This document shows positions 47,792 through 58,034 of a stretch of 58,241 nucleotides of DNA, piece by piece. The stretch is taken from IMG/VR virus record IMGVR_UViG_3300046167_000364, positions 1 to 58,241 of that record; one strand, given 5' to 3'. The notes beneath the pieces were generated by a model. It saw only the letters and a list, made by a program, of their open reading frames with translations. It did no database searches and had not been told where the DNA came from. How positions within the stretch are numbered: position 1 is the stretch's first letter; each line of letters opens with the position of its first letter. The position numbers were made by a program, and so were the translations under genes. This stretch comes from a virus (lineage: Duplodnaviria; Caudoviricetes).

Positions 47792-49216
47792 ATGGCTAAG
47801 TTTTCACAAGCATTTTTGCAGGGCATGCTACAGCCCTCCTATCAAAAAGGGTTGTTTACTGCCGCACAGCAGGCTGGGCAGTTGCCTACACAAATGCGTC
47901 AGATGCGCGAAGAAGAAGCGAAGAAACAGCAGGCGCTACAGCGTTACGATCAAGCGGTTCAGACAAGCGAGCAAGGTATTGCGGCGGCACAGCAAGGAGA
48001 TGTTAGCGCGCTTACAAATCGAATTGCAGAGCTTAGGAAGCAAATGGCATCCGCAACTACCCTTCAAGAAAAACAACAGATACGAGCTGAAATGGCTAAT
48101 TTACAGCGCCTTCAGCCTGGCGCTCAAAAGATTGCAGTAGGCAATAAAGCCCAATCAATTGTTCAAGGAGAAGAGGCGCTTAAGGATGAGTCTTTATCTG
48201 GCCCTGCAAGACTAGCTATAGAGCAAAGACTTGAATTTCTCAAACAAGATCCCGAGGCCATGAGCCAATACAACGAATTTAAAATGGATCAATGGCGAAC
48301 AGATCAGGCACAAAAAGAAATACAGTCTCAGCAATGGCTTGCAACAAACTCAGAGGCAATAAATAGAGCAATTACTAACAACGATATGGATGCTGTTGAG
48401 TCTATTGTTGAGGGTGCGGGAGAGTTTAGCGAGGCCGCTCAGTCATTCGTGGCAACATCATTGCGTAATGCAGATGCCATGGCTCGCTTTGAAGAAAACA
48501 GCATGGAGCGCAAAATCGCCCCAAGCGTTGATTACTACCAAGAGCAACTAGACGCACTCCCTGCTGAGATACGAAAGACTTTTAAAGGCACTTTTGATGC
48601 TTATAAGGATGCCGCAGATAAAGGATGGAATGGTAGCGAGTGGTCAACTGGAGAAAGGATGAGGGCCAAGCAACTAGAAAAAACACTGCAAGGCCAGCTA
48701 CGCGCTGTGTACAGCCAGATAGCCACCTCTGAATACTTTGCAAAACAAAAAGAAGGTGTTGCAAAAAGAGAGCAAATTGCCCAGTTAGAATTGCAAATTG
48801 CAACGCCAATGAGTTCTGAATATGTAAGACAAGGGCGAATACAGGCGGCTTCATTACTAAAAAAAGACGAAGAGCTTACTCAAGCAATGATAGATCAAGA
48901 GGCAAGGTCTCTTTATCAGATGGATCAAAGGCGTGCTATATCTCAACTTGCCGCACTTCGTGGTGAATCTCCTGAAGAAATGCCAATAGAGAATGCTGAG
49001 TCTGTAATAACTCAAGCTATGTCTGCAAATCCAGGCAAAACCAGAGATCAAGTTGTTAGCAGGCTAAAGGCGAAAGGCTTGATTCCTGGAGATTATGTAG
49101 AAGAAAAAGAGATAAAGACTCAAGAAGAAATGATAACAGAGCCGGGCCTAATCAATCCGTTTAGAGCAAGGATGAAGCTTGAGCAAAATCCATATCAGGG
49201 GCTTTCTGATGGCTAA
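47792..49216 (+). CDS. Putative ejection protein 2 (B allele)
   Basis: First 33 aa identical to 11773 protein, remainder unalignable by eye. Confidence 0.55.
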   Translation: MAKFSQAFLQGMLQPSYQKGLFTAAQQAGQLPTQMRQMREEEAKKQQALQRYDQAVQTSEQGIAAAQQGDVSALTNRIAELRKQMASATTLQEKQQIRAEMANLQRLQPGAQKIAVGNKAQSIVQGEEALKDESLSGPARLAIEQRLEFLKQDPEAMSQYNEFKMDQWRTDQAQKEIQSQQWLATNSEAINRAITNNDMDAVESIVEGAGEFSEAAQSFVATSLRNADAMARFEENSMERKIAPSVDYYQEQLDALPAEIRKTFKGTFDAYKDAADKGWNGSEWSTGERMRAKQLEKTLQGQLRAVYSQIATSEYFAKQKEGVAKREQIAQLELQIATPMSSEYVRQGRIQAASLLKKDEELTQAMIDQEARSLYQMDQRRAISQLAALRGESPEEMPIENAESVITQAMSANPGKTRDQVVSRLKAKGLIPGDYVEEKEIKTQEEMITEPGLINPFRARMKLEQNPYQGLSDG

Positions 49217-51755
49217 ATATGATGACCTGTTTAATGAAGACTACTCAACTCTTTTTGATGAAGACACTGAGTACAATGCGTTTCGATCTGCGACTACGGG
49301 GTTTATTGAGTCAGCCATAGGTGCTGGAGACGAGTTAGATGCAACTATACGCTTACTATCTGGTGAGGCACAAACCTGGGGGCAAGCAATAGGTCAGTCT
49401 AGAGCTGAACTCAAAGCGTTTGAAGACGCAAACCCTAACGCATCTATGGTTATTAATACGATGGGGTTTGGTGCAGGTTTGTTTATCCCCGGCGCTGGTA
49501 TAGCCAAGATTGCTCAAGCAGGAACCAAGTTAGATAGGGCGCTCAAAGTTGGCGGTCTGGGTGCGGCTGAAGGTGCTGTCTACGGATTCCTCAGCGGGGA
49601 AGGGGAAGGCAGGGCAACCAGTGCTGGCATTGGCGCTGTTGCTGGTGGCTCTCTTGGAGGATTGTCTGGCGCATATTTAACAAAGAATACAGATGAGATC
49701 AATAAAGCCACTCGCCTGCTGGATGCTCAGACCTATAAAGGCAAGGGTAGCTATATAGGCGGTGAAGAAGGCTTCCGCAATGTAGGTAGAGCAAAAGAAT
49801 CCTCAAGACCGGGAGTTACTTACGATACCAGTACGGCTAGTCGTCAGGTTCAGGATATCAAAGATGATGCAATTATTGTCGAACAGCCTGCCGGTGAAAG
49901 CGGAATTGTAGGTAATGTATTCCTTAGCACCAAAGATTGGATTGCCAAGAACGTGGGTGTTAGAGCGGCAAGACTGGCAGAAGACGCAGAGATAATGACG
50001 CGGCACGATCAAAGAGAGATTGATGAGATCTTTGATACGGAGTTTCTTACTGCCGCAGAGTTGTTCGATAACAATCAAGGCTTGAAGTCTTTGGCCTTAC
50101 GAATGAACAAGTCGATCAAGGAAGACAGGCGTGTTTCGTGGGAAAACTTTACTTCCGCCGCCAAAACAACAGAAGAGAAAGTTATTATCAGAAAGCTCGA
50201 AGAGCAGGTAAAGACTCTTCAGGGGCTGGACTTTGTTAAGCAGGGAGACATTGATTACTTCCCCACGAAAGCTATCGAAAAGATAGGCACAAAGGAAGCA
50301 AGGCCGGACGCTTACGACAACCCCATCAGGGCGCTAAAAGAGTATGCGGAAGACGTATCCGCATCAAGAGCGTTGGCCGCTAGGTTTGATATTGATACAA
50401 AGGATCTGCGCGCACCAAAGTCTGATATAGGCGAGAGCCGTCTTAACGTAGTTATCGAGGCGATTGAGAAAGAAGCAAAGAAGCAAGGAGCCTCTACGGA
50501 AGTAGCGGCAAACCTTGGTAACGGCTTGAGGTCTCAGTTTGTTGCCTCAAAGAAAGGCGGCAATACAGTGGGCGCGGTTGCTAGAAGAGTTACTTCATCG
50601 GCACTTCTTGCAAACCCAATGAACGCGATACTAAACATAGCCGAAGGTGTGACTGCCCCGATCTATCAGAATGGGGTCAAGGCATGGATGAAGACCGTTC
50701 CTCGCGCTGTGCTTTCTACGCTCAACTCAGAGCTTGGCGTTAAAAGCAAAGGCTGGATTTCAAACAAGGAGCTTGGGCTAGACAAAGACTTCATGGGTGA
50801 GATTGCCAACGCTGGAAAAAGAGCAATGGACGATACGGCAGAAGCCGCAAGTCTTACAAAGCTATTCCAAAAGGCAGTTCCCGGAATTGATGTCCTTAAC
50901 AAGACGCTATACAAATACTCTGGGGTTCAAACTGTAAACAGGATGGGCCAAGAGTTATTAAGCAACTCAGCAGTTCAACGAGGCATGGATCTTGCTAGCG
51001 ACGGCTCTGAGAAAGCTCTAGCCAAACTCAGAAAGCATGACGGCATGAGGGGGCTTACTGAGAGCGAGTTCAAGTCAACAGTACGCGCCCTGAAAGATAA
51101 AGACCTATCTAACCCTTACATAATTAACTTTGCTGGGGCGGCACTAAACAAGTGGCAACCAGTAAGCGCAAGCACAATGCCCAAGGCTTTCCATGACAAC
51201 CCTAACGGTCGCATGGCTTACAGTATGCTTTCTTACATGAACAAGCAGATGAACAGCTTGAGAAATGATGTTGGCCTTAACATCCTGAGAGCGCAAGAGA
51301 AGGGCCTTAACAGCAAGGAAGGCGCAGAGGCAATCAAGCTAGCCATGATTAACTCTGCTAAGTACGCGGCAATATTTGGCGTAGTTGCTGGCGTCTGGGA
51401 TGACTACAGGAAGACGCTTGACCTAACTAACGACAAAACACTTGAAAAGCTTTTGACCCCAGAGGGGGTTAGCTCCTCTCTTATGAATCAGCTAGCCTCA
51501 AACATGAGTAGCGGAATCCTAAACATAAGGGCTGAAGAGTACGGCGGCCAGCCAATAGAGCCGATACCTGCTCCGATATCTGCTGGGTTTAGGCTTGGCA
51601 GTGGCGTTGTTACCGCTGGAGAAAGAATGTTAACAGGGCAGAAGGAGCCACTGGCTCCGCTGTTGAGGGCAGGCCAAACCTATTTCCCTGGCCTTGCTAA
51701 CATCGACAGAGTTATGCGGATGACTGCTGGCGAAAGACTGTTAACTGAAGACTAA
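49209..51755 (+). CDS. Putative large ejection protein 3 (B allele)
   Basis: GDELDA, AAEGAVYG, AILNIA, NPN.R motifs echo 12929 protein. Confidence 0.6.
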   Translation: MAKYDDLFNEDYSTLFDEDTEYNAFRSATTGFIESAIGAGDELDATIRLLSGEAQTWGQAIGQSRAELKAFEDANPNASMVINTMGFGAGLFIPGAGIAKIAQAGTKLDRALKVGGLGAAEGAVYGFLSGEGEGRATSAGIGAVAGGSLGGLSGAYLTKNTDEINKATRLLDAQTYKGKGSYIGGEEGFRNVGRAKESSRPGVTYDTSTASRQVQDIKDDAIIVEQPAGESGIVGNVFLSTKDWIAKNVGVRAARLAEDAEIMTRHDQREIDEIFDTEFLTAAELFDNNQGLKSLALRMNKSIKEDRRVSWENFTSAAKTTEEKVIIRKLEEQVKTLQGLDFVKQGDIDYFPTKAIEKIGTKEARPDAYDNPIRALKEYAEDVSASRALAARFDIDTKDLRAPKSDIGESRLNVVIEAIEKEAKKQGASTEVAANLGNGLRSQFVASKKGGNTVGAVARRVTSSALLANPMNAILNIAEGVTAPIYQNGVKAWMKTVPRAVLSTLNSELGVKSKGWISNKELGLDKDFMGEIANAGKRAMDDTAEAASLTKLFQKAVPGIDVLNKTLYKYSGVQTVNRMGQELLSNSAVQRGMDLASDGSEKALAKLRKHDGMRGLTESEFKSTVRALKDKDLSNPYIINFAGAALNKWQPVSASTMPKAFHDNPNGRMAYSMLSYMNKQMNSLRNDVGLNILRAQEKGLNSKEGAEAIKLAMINSAKYAAIFGVVAGVWDDYRKTLDLTNDKTLEKLLTPEGVSSSLMNQLASNMSSGILNIRAEEYGGQPIEPIPAPISAGFRLGSGVVTAGERMLTGQKEPLAPLLRAGQTYFPGLANIDRVMRMTAGERLLTED

Positions 51756-52177
51756 TCCCAGCTAACAAACTCTAGCCACCCTGCTACACCCGAGGCTCGA
51801 TCGTTCTCCATACGTTCGGCTTCGGTTTTATAGTGTTTAGCGATTAGCTTCTGCTCCTTGTTCATCCTCTTACCGAGGTTTATATCCTCTGCTTTTTCCC
51901 TAATTAACTCCAAGGCACCTTCGCCATAGGTGTCAATATAATGACGCACGAAGTAATCAGGGTTACTGCCGTACTTCTGGTGACAGCCGTAGCAGTGAGC
52001 AAAAGCATTCAGGGCATCGTACCGGATACCCTTCTTTGATCGACTGAAGTAGTGGGAGCAGTGCAGTCCACTACTGTTTGACTCGTACTGTGAGCCACAC
52101 CCTTGGCACTTGAAGTCGTTACGTAGCCTTACGCACCTGCTGAACCAGTGATCTGCCGCTGTTCTTTTAAGCTTCAT
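51752..52177 (-). CDS. ninG: NinG/Rap-like endonuclease
   Basis: Homolog of 15580-16005. Confidence 0.8.
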   Translation of the reverse strand: MKLKRTAADHWFSRCVRLRNDFKCQGCGSQYESNSSGLHCSHYFSRSKKGIRYDALNAFAHCYGCHQKYGSNPDYFVRHYIDTYGEGALELIREKAEDINLGKRMNKEQKLIAKHYKTEAERMENDRASGVAGWLEFVSWD

Positions 52178-52178
52178 C

Positions 52179-52334
52179 CTATTCTCCTTTGCTGTATCTA
52201 ATTATTTCTAACGGATCTTGGTCTGCATCCTTAAGAAACTTAATGCTTAGGTCTGGCATGATAGCCACGTCTCGCCCCGACCTTTCTGCCATTGTCACTG
52301 CTGATTGAATGGCTATCTCTACGTCGTCCTTCAT
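52179..52334 (-). CDS. 51-aa hypothetical (B only, not in ORF track)
   Basis: MKDDVEIAIQSAVTMAERSG...; ATGA overlap with ninB. Confidence 0.6.
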   Translation of the reverse strand: MKDDVEIAIQSAVTMAERSGRDVAIMPDLSIKFLKDADQDPLEIIRYSKGE

Positions 52335-52756
52335 TTCAATTGATCCTTCAGTTGTTGAGGGAACGGTACATAGACTCCCTTATGCTCTGAGAGCCACCTA
52401 ATTAGCACCTCAGCGGCCTCCGAGAGCTGGGTAGGGGTTAGCTTAGCTGTTGACGACTTGCTGTGCATGGCCCCTATAACAGGCTTGTACAGCGTCTCTT
52501 TAACTAACACCTCAGTAAAAGGTATTTCTAGCTTGTCGCTAAATGGGTGCCGTACGTAATAGCCTGCGTCATTCAGCTCGTTAGCTATCTGCCTGAACCA
52601 TAGGTGCATGGCATTGTTCTGCCTGTCACTTCGCGTGGTGTCCTTGATTGTGTACAGGATGTGCTTGCCACTCTCATACTGATCTTTCACGAAGCTAATA
52701 AAGAAATCTAGCTTATCTTTCTTATCGACTATCCAGCGATGGGATGGATCGGTCAT
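52331..52756 (-). CDS. ninB: NinB/Orf-like protein
   Basis: Homolog of 16002-16427; AAGGAG RBS before ATG at 52756. Confidence 0.75.
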   Translation of the reverse strand: MTDPSHRWIVDKKDKLDFFISFVKDQYESGKHILYTIKDTTRSDRQNNAMHLWFRQIANELNDAGYYVRHPFSDKLEIPFTEVLVKETLYKPVIGAMHSKSSTAKLTPTQLSEAAEVLIRWLSEHKGVYVPFPQQLKDQLK

Positions 52757-52769
52757 ATAAATCTCCTTC

Positions 52770-52918
52770 AGTTTGCCCAGTTTGCCCAGTTTGCCCTGTG
52801 TGCCCAAGGTTTAGGGGGCCCCTTTTACCTAAAACACGTCAAGGTGGGGGGTATATCATGGGCATTAGTGGCATTCTGGGCATTCTGAATCGGGCATTCT
52901 GGGCATTCTGGGCATTCT
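52770..52918. repeat. Inverted 9-bp iteron arrays, candidate origin of B
   Basis: 3x AGTTTGCCC plus TGTGTGCCC; 4x GGGCATTCT plus 2 degenerate. Confidence 0.8.
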
Positions 52919-54113
52919 ACATAGGATTCCATCGGTAAAACTTCTTCCCATGAGCCCCCCTTCGCTCCAGTGTGAGGTTGTTCCCTTTCAATAAGTCGAT
53001 ACAGGCGCGCAATGTTTTTCTTGTACAGCCGTTGGGGTTTACCTCGTGGTCGCTGAGTAGGTCGAACAACTCCGATTGTGCCCAAGCCTTGTTACTTTTC
53101 ATCACACTGCTGAGTAGGATGTACTCATCTTCGTACTTAGCATTAGCCTTACTTATATTAATTTGAGCCTTTTGCTTACCCTTTAACTCGCTGATATCGT
53201 CGGTACTCATAAACTCAACAGAGTCTACGGACTCTTCGTACTGAACAACTGCGCTAGTTTGCTTGTACTTGAAGCCACCCTCGAAGCTGATCTGGCTACG
53301 ATCCTTTTCATTGATTACTAGAAGTTCTTGATAGGCGGCGAACTTATCGTTCACTGGGTCAAGGCCAAACATATTGTCAACGTCTGACTTCAAATCCCCT
53401 ACGCCTTCGTAGATCAATCGACCGTCCATGCTTCGGTGCTTGTTGCAGTGGCCCAATAAGATGACCGTGCCACCTGCCGCCGCGAACTCACGAAAGACGT
53501 GCAGTACGTCCCGCATATCGCCCTTGTTTAACACTGGCGCAAACTTCTTAAGGGTGTCACATATCACGATCTTGCCATTGGCCTCGCCCTCTATGCGTAT
53601 CTGATCGAGCATACGAAGCGCGTCGTCTGTCTTGCGTAGGTTAGGGTCAACAGAGTTAGCCAAGGTAATCATGTTCATGCCGTGACGCTTGCCCATCTTC
53701 GCCTTCTGAAGCACACCCTTGGCACCGTCATCCTCGTTGAAGTAGATGACATCGGAGCCGCGTATCAGGTTGTTGCGAATAGATTGGAATAGGTTGCCCA
53801 GTATCCACACTGTCTTACCTGCGCCACTGGGTGCGTAGACTAGAGTGACTGTGCCGGTTGTAATCATGCCTGGAATCACGTCCCGCTCCTGTGCGAGGCG
53901 CTCTTCTAGCTCTTCGATCCTTCCGTTTACTGAGGCAGACATCAGCCTTGATAAAGCTGAAGATCCGTTTTGCTTTGTGAAATATGGGTTGCCGGGGAAG
54001 GTTTCATTGATCGCCCTTTCCTTTTCTGCCCATGCTGAGGGTTGCTTTATCTGACTTGGTGGTACTGAGATTTTATTCTGCTCTTGAACGTACCATTCCC
54101 AATCATCCATCAT
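52917..54113 (-). CDS. Replication ATPase / helicase
   Basis: Homolog of 16961-18100. Confidence 0.75.
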   Translation of the reverse strand: MMDDWEWYVQEQNKISVPPSQIKQPSAWAEKERAINETFPGNPYFTKQNGSSALSRLMSASVNGRIEELEERLAQERDVIPGMITTGTVTLVYAPSGAGKTVWILGNLFQSIRNNLIRGSDVIYFNEDDGAKGVLQKAKMGKRHGMNMITLANSVDPNLRKTDDALRMLDQIRIEGEANGKIVICDTLKKFAPVLNKGDMRDVLHVFREFAAAGGTVILLGHCNKHRSMDGRLIYEGVGDLKSDVDNMFGLDPVNDKFAAYQELLVINEKDRSQISFEGGFKYKQTSAVVQYEESVDSVEFMSTDDISELKGKQKAQINISKANAKYEDEYILLSSVMKSNKAWAQSELFDLLSDHEVNPNGCTRKTLRACIDLLKGNNLTLERRGAHGKKFYRWNPM

Positions 54114-54147
54114 TCTTATCTCCTTTTTTGTTCCAGAAAAGTCTCTA

Positions 54148-54240
54148 ACTTTGCTCTAGTTTTGGCCAACTGTCAAACGTCAGTGTGCCTGATTACAAAT
54201 GTTTACAGATGTTTACATCTTCTCACAACTTAAGTACACT
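54148..54240. promoter_or_regulatory. Divergent sigma70-like promoter pair
   Basis: Minus TTGACA-17-CAAAGT (54176-54148); plus TTTACA-17-TACACT (54212-54240). Confidence 0.65.
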
Positions 54241-54277
54241 CATTACATCTCAGTACATTTCAACAAAGGAGAATGAG

Positions 54278-54883
54278 ATGAGTGGAACGGTAAAGATTCA
54301 TGGCAAGGAGTACAAAACTGTAGCCTTGCGTATCCAAGAGTTTAGAGAGAAGCACCCTGACTTCACCATTCAAACCGAGCTAGTCGAGGCTAATGACATG
54401 CTCGTTATTGTCAAGGCAACCATAGCCTGTGCCGGCCAAATCATTGCTACTGGCTACGCTGAAGAAGTTAGAACAGCAAGCAAGATTAATCGAACCTCAG
54501 CATTAGAGAATGCAGAGACCAGTGCCGTCGGCAGGGCCTTAGCCTTCTTCGGATTGGGCGGCTCCGAGATAGCCTCAGCAGATGAGGTAGCTAACGCGAT
54601 TACTCAGCAGAGTAGTCAAGCCTCCAAGGAGGATATGGAAAAGTTGATTGCTCACAACGAAGCATGGCGCAATAACTCTGGCTCTATCTACTTCATCAAG
54701 GAGTACATCGACATGGATGAGCCGAAGTGGGAGAGCGTAGCCGAAGCATGGGCTGAGATTTCAAACGAAGACAAGCAAGCCTTGTGGCTAGCACCTTCAA
54801 AGGGCGGGGTATTTACTACGGCTGAACGTGCCGCGCTCAAATCCGATGAGTTCAATGCCGCACGAAAAGTAATGGGAGAGTAA
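54278..54883 (+). CDS. Putative Rad52/Sak-fold single-strand annealing protein
   Basis: Occupies the ERF slot; ATGYAEE, ALENAETSAVGRAL motif; AAGGAG RBS. Confidence 0.6.
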   Translation: MSGTVKIHGKEYKTVALRIQEFREKHPDFTIQTELVEANDMLVIVKATIACAGQIIATGYAEEVRTASKINRTSALENAETSAVGRALAFFGLGGSEIASADEVANAITQQSSQASKEDMEKLIAHNEAWRNNSGSIYFIKEYIDMDEPKWESVAEAWAEISNEDKQALWLAPSKGGVFTTAERAALKSDEFNAARKVMGE

Positions 54884-54885
54884 CC

Positions 54886-55161
54886 ATGAATGATGAGAAA
54901 GTATTTGTTGATGGCATGATCATCAAGAACAAGACCGAAGGCACACCAGACTGGGTTAAGGAGAAGATCTCTCTTAAGCTTGATGAGTTCGGCGCATGGG
55001 TTGCCGCACAGAAGAAGGCAGACCCCAGCCTTGAGTGGATTAACATTGATATCAAACAGTCTCAGGGTGGCAAGCTGTACGCAGAGCGTGACATGTGGAA
55101 GCCAACGGCTAACGCACAGCCTAAGCAAGCGCCTGTCCCTAACGACGACATCCCTTGGTAA
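54886..55161 (+). CDS. Putative SSB
   Basis: Homolog of 18869-19165; DDIPW end. Confidence 0.6.
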   Translation: MNDEKVFVDGMIIKNKTEGTPDWVKEKISLKLDEFGAWVAAQKKADPSLEWINIDIKQSQGGKLYAERDMWKPTANAQPKQAPVPNDDIPW

Positions 55162-55200
55162 CTTCCAGTGTGGGGTTTTCGTTCCTTTCCCCATACCCTT

Positions 55201-55224
55201 GCCCCGTTTCGGCGGGGCTTTTTT
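55201..55224 (+). terminator. Intrinsic terminator
   Basis: GCCCCG-tttcgg-CGGGGC-TTTTTT. Confidence 0.8.
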
Positions 55225-55237
55225 ATAGGAGATTCAA

Positions 55238-55420
55238 ATGACAGATCAAACTGAATACCTTTACTACCGTGACCTGTTCGACATCTTCAAGGTGTATCAG
55301 GTGCCAAAGCTTATCCGCATCTTGGATGACCAAGGCATTAATTACTTTAAGGATGCAAGCGAGAAACCCTTTACAACAAGGGCCGCCATTGATGGTGCGT
55401 TAGAAAGGGAGAGTAATTAG
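55238..55420 (+). CDS. DUF4224/Xis-like small protein
   Basis: Homolog of 19241-19414. Confidence 0.7.
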   Translation: MTDQTEYLYYRDLFDIFKVYQVPKLIRILDDQGINYFKDASEKPFTTRAAIDGALERESN

Positions 55421-55493
55421 TGTCGCAATTTAGCCTACCGGGATGCGACCAACCGGCCAACAGGCAAGAGGAGCCTTAGGCCGGTTCATCTTA

Positions 55494-55775
55494 TCAGGTG
55501 AAATCTCTGCTCAGGTACTCTTTTTCGTACCGGCAATCTTGATAACCCTGCATGTACGCATCAGACGTACACAGATTTGATTGATTCCGCATGGCATCAG
55601 ACCAGCCGTGCTTGTAATCCCGCTCGATCATGTCGAGATAATCGTTCATGTAGAACTCACACGATCCCAGCTCTGGGGTCTCGTCTACTTCAGTGACTAC
55701 CTTTAGGCCCTTCAGCATTTGAAGCGACTGCTCCAATGAATCCAGGGGCAGTTCCTTGGGTGCTTTAAACTTCAT
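55494..55775 (-). CDS. Hypothetical early protein
   Basis: Homolog of 19621-19827. Confidence 0.65.
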   Translation of the reverse strand: MKFKAPKELPLDSLEQSLQMLKGLKVVTEVDETPELGSCEFYMNDYLDMIERDYKHGWSDAMRNQSNLCTSDAYMQGYQDCRYEKEYLSRDFT

Positions 55776-56073
55776 GGTGTAACCCCTGACAAACGTCTTC
55801 CGCATTGATGATATGAAAGCCTTTCCACTTACAGCTAATGACTTCAATGAACTCCTCAGTGAAGACGGCGACTTGCCCCCACGCCTCATCGGTAAATACC
55901 TCTCGATGTACTGCTACGTCTGCCTCGATCTCTTCCTCGTCTACCAGCAACAAAGCTTGTAGCTTGTCGCGATCAAAGTCTTCGATCTCAGCTCCATGAA
56001 AATCATCCACGTCATCCGGGACGATTGCGTTTATTTGAATAAGAATTTTGTTATCGCTTGTACGGAATGCCAT
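55765..56073 (-). CDS. Hypothetical acidic early protein
   Basis: Homolog of 19818-20132. Confidence 0.7.
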   Translation of the reverse strand: MAFRTSDNKILIQINAIVPDDVDDFHGAEIEDFDRDKLQALLLVDEEEIEADVAVHREVFTDEAWGQVAVFTEEFIEVISCKWKGFHIINAEDVCQGLHHEV

Positions 56074-56239
56074 TGAACACCTCGCCTATGCTTTTAATGT
56101 TGATGCCGTTGTATTGTTGCTCGCCTTGAACCTCAGCAATAAACTCGTGCATCCCCTCGAATGTGGGCTGAACCTTTTTAACAGCGCAGGTTTTGAAGTA
56201 CACCCTCACTAACTGCGCCGGGTAATAACGTTCGCTCAC
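56051..56239 (-). CDS. Hypothetical early protein
   Basis: Homolog of 20098-20301. Confidence 0.7.
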   Translation of the reverse strand: MSERYYPAQLVRVYFKTCAVKKVQPTFEGMHEFIAEVQGEQQYNGINIKSIGEVFNGIPYKR

Positions 56240-56562
56240 TTGTCCAACTCTTTGAAAAGGTACACGACATTTGATTGCACGTCTTGCTGTGTGCGCGCTA
56301 CCTCGTCGCTCATGTCGGGTATGTCGGCAAGTATTGCGTCCACATCCTTGAGCAACTCAACCGCCGTAGCGATAGCCTCACGCTTTCTGAACTCACGCCA
56401 GCGGTACAACTCACTAAACAAACTGCGGGCAGTGACTTTGATCTGCGCCTCATAGACGTTCTCGTCGCGACTGTTAACGCGTAGCTCCTCCATTAGTAGC
56501 TTAACCTCAGCGTTGCCCAGCTCAGGGCAAGCCTCTATTACCTTCTCTCGTAGTGGCTTCAT
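56236..56562 (-). CDS. Hypothetical early protein
   Basis: Homolog of 20509-20871. Confidence 0.7.
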   Translation of the reverse strand: MKPLREKVIEACPELGNAEVKLLMEELRVNSRDENVYEAQIKVTARSLFSELYRWREFRKREAIATAVELLKDVDAILADIPDMSDEVARTQQDVQSNVVYLFKELDK

Positions 56563-56729
56563 TCTGCTAACTCCTCTTTTAAAATGTCGATGATGTCCTC
56601 ACTAGCTAGACCGAACCGCTCGCACCAGTAAATGAACTCGTAAACGTTAGCCTCTCCGCTGTGCAGATAGTTGTCTGCCGCGTCGCGAATCTGCTGTCCC
56701 GTCTCTCCGTAAGAGTAACGTTGTACCAT
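56559..56729 (-). CDS. 56-aa hypothetical (not in ORF track)
   Basis: AAGGAG RBS; MVQRYSYGETG...FIYWCERFGL. Confidence 0.65.
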   Translation of the reverse strand: MVQRYSYGETGQQIRDAADNYLHSGEANVYEFIYWCERFGLASEDIIDILKEELAE

Positions 56730-56767
56730 GCTGATCTCCTTCTAAACATCCATAAAGTTTAAACAAG

Positions 56768-56950
56768 TTAAGCAAAGTTATCCAGCCTTTTGACCGCATC
56801 GGACTTCGCCTGCTCTACCTGATCGGCTGTTAGGTGTCCGGCGATAGACTCCGCCAGTGCTAGCGCCTCTTGGGATTGCTCCTCAGTGGGTGCGGTAACA
56901 GCCAACAGAAGGCCGGAGACAAACGCCTCATAATGATTGTCGAAGTTCAT
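56768..56950 (-). CDS. Hypothetical early protein
   Basis: GGAGG RBS, TGATG coupling; LLLAVTAPTEEQ. Confidence 0.65.
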   Translation of the reverse strand: MNFDNHYEAFVSGLLLAVTAPTEEQSQEALALAESIAGHLTADQVEQAKSDAVKRLDNFA

Positions 56951-57178
56951 CACTCGATCCTCCATACGCGAACGCCACCATCTATCGCGAAGAATTTAAC
57001 GCGCATCCCTAGCGATACAGCCGCAGTTCTGAGACTGCGCGGCTTGTTATCGGTTGACCTGGTATCTTCAAAGAATACGCTGTCGCCTACCTTTCATTTG
57101 GCTAGCGACATCTTGCCACTTGCCTCGCTTCCCTTGTTTCTCCGGCATGGGTACGCCGCTATCAATTTGTAAGTTCAT
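56950..57178 (-). CDS. Small putative DNA-binding protein with +1 base at 57092-57094
   Basis: Removing one base gives MNLQIDSGVPMP...MKVGDSVFF...GVRVWRIE. Confidence 0.65.
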
Positions 57179-57180
57179 GC

Positions 57181-57360
57181 TTACAACTCCTCTCTTTTTA
57201 AGGTTTCTAGTTGGTCAATAAAGTAAAAGCCGACAAGGGACGCCACACCTGCAAGCGCCGTTGTCCACCACATGAAGTTAATCGCCGCCATAAATGCAAT
57301 GATGACGTGAGCGGCAGTGCCTACGATTAAACCGCCTATCACTAGGTTTACTTTGCTCAT
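57181..57360 (-). CDS. Small two-TM membrane protein
   Basis: GGAGG RBS; two hydrophobic helices. Confidence 0.6.
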   Translation of the reverse strand: MSKVNLVIGGLIVGTAAHVIIAFMAAINFMWWTTALAGVASLVGFYFIDQLETLKREEL

Positions 57361-57362
57361 GT

Positions 57363-57560
57363 TCACACCTCCCATGTCTTGGTTACGTCTTCGAGGCTGT
57401 CATCCCATAGCCACACCTCAAGACTCCCGCCGTTTAGGTCGCACAGTGAGTGCTCACCGGCCGTCTGTGCCTCCTGGCCTGTCTCATATTCAGGCTCGGA
57501 GCTGAACATCTCGCCACCGTCGCGGTCGATGACAGTAAAGCCGAATAGCTCGCCACTCAT
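57363..57560 (-). CDS. Hypothetical acidic early protein
   Basis: GGAG RBS; MSGELFGFTVIDRDG. Confidence 0.55.
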   Translation of the reverse strand: MSGELFGFTVIDRDGGEMFSSEPEYETGQEAQTAGEHSLCDLNGGSLEVWLWDDSLEDVTKTWEV

Positions 57561-57925
57561 TATCGGCACTCCCATAGCTCGCACAGAGCGCCTTCAACGT
57601 CCATTGCATCCTCAGTGAAGTAAGCCGTTGCACGATCACCCCACCAATACAGCTCGACGGCTTTTGCTTGGAAGTCGATCCAGATATTGGGGCCGCCAAA
57701 GGCCACGAGAATGCGCGCGCTTTTAAATGAACCGTCGCTGTTAACGATGTATTCGATATCGTAAACGTCTGACAGGTAATCGAAGCCGTTCATAAGCTGA
57801 TCGGGATACTCAGGATCGAAGCCGTCCTCATAATCTTCATAAGTAAGACCGTTTTGAATGTTGTCCGCGATTTGGCGCACATGGTCTAGGTTGCGTTGCT
57901 CTTGTGTTTTTTCTATTGCAGTCAT
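57560..57925 (-). CDS. Hypothetical protein, first early gene of B
   Basis: Start probably MTAIEK; RILVAFGGPNIWID motif. Confidence 0.7.
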   Translation of the reverse strand: MTAIEKTQEQRNLDHVRQIADNIQNGLTYEDYEDGFDPEYPDQLMNGFDYLSDVYDIEYIVNSDGSFKSARILVAFGGPNIWIDFQAKAVELYWWGDRATAYFTEDAMDVEGALCELWECR

Positions 57926-57990
57926 GTTGAATCTCTCTGTTGTTGGTTGATGGATAGAATCATGGACATCCACCAGGGTAGACACAACAG

Positions 57991-58034
57991 AATGTGACAA
58001 AACTTTTTTTTATTTATTTTGAAATGTGACAAAA
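57991..58034. repeat. 12-bp direct repeat AATGTGACAAAA flanking an A/T tract
   Basis: 57991-58002 and 58023-58034. Confidence 0.65.
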
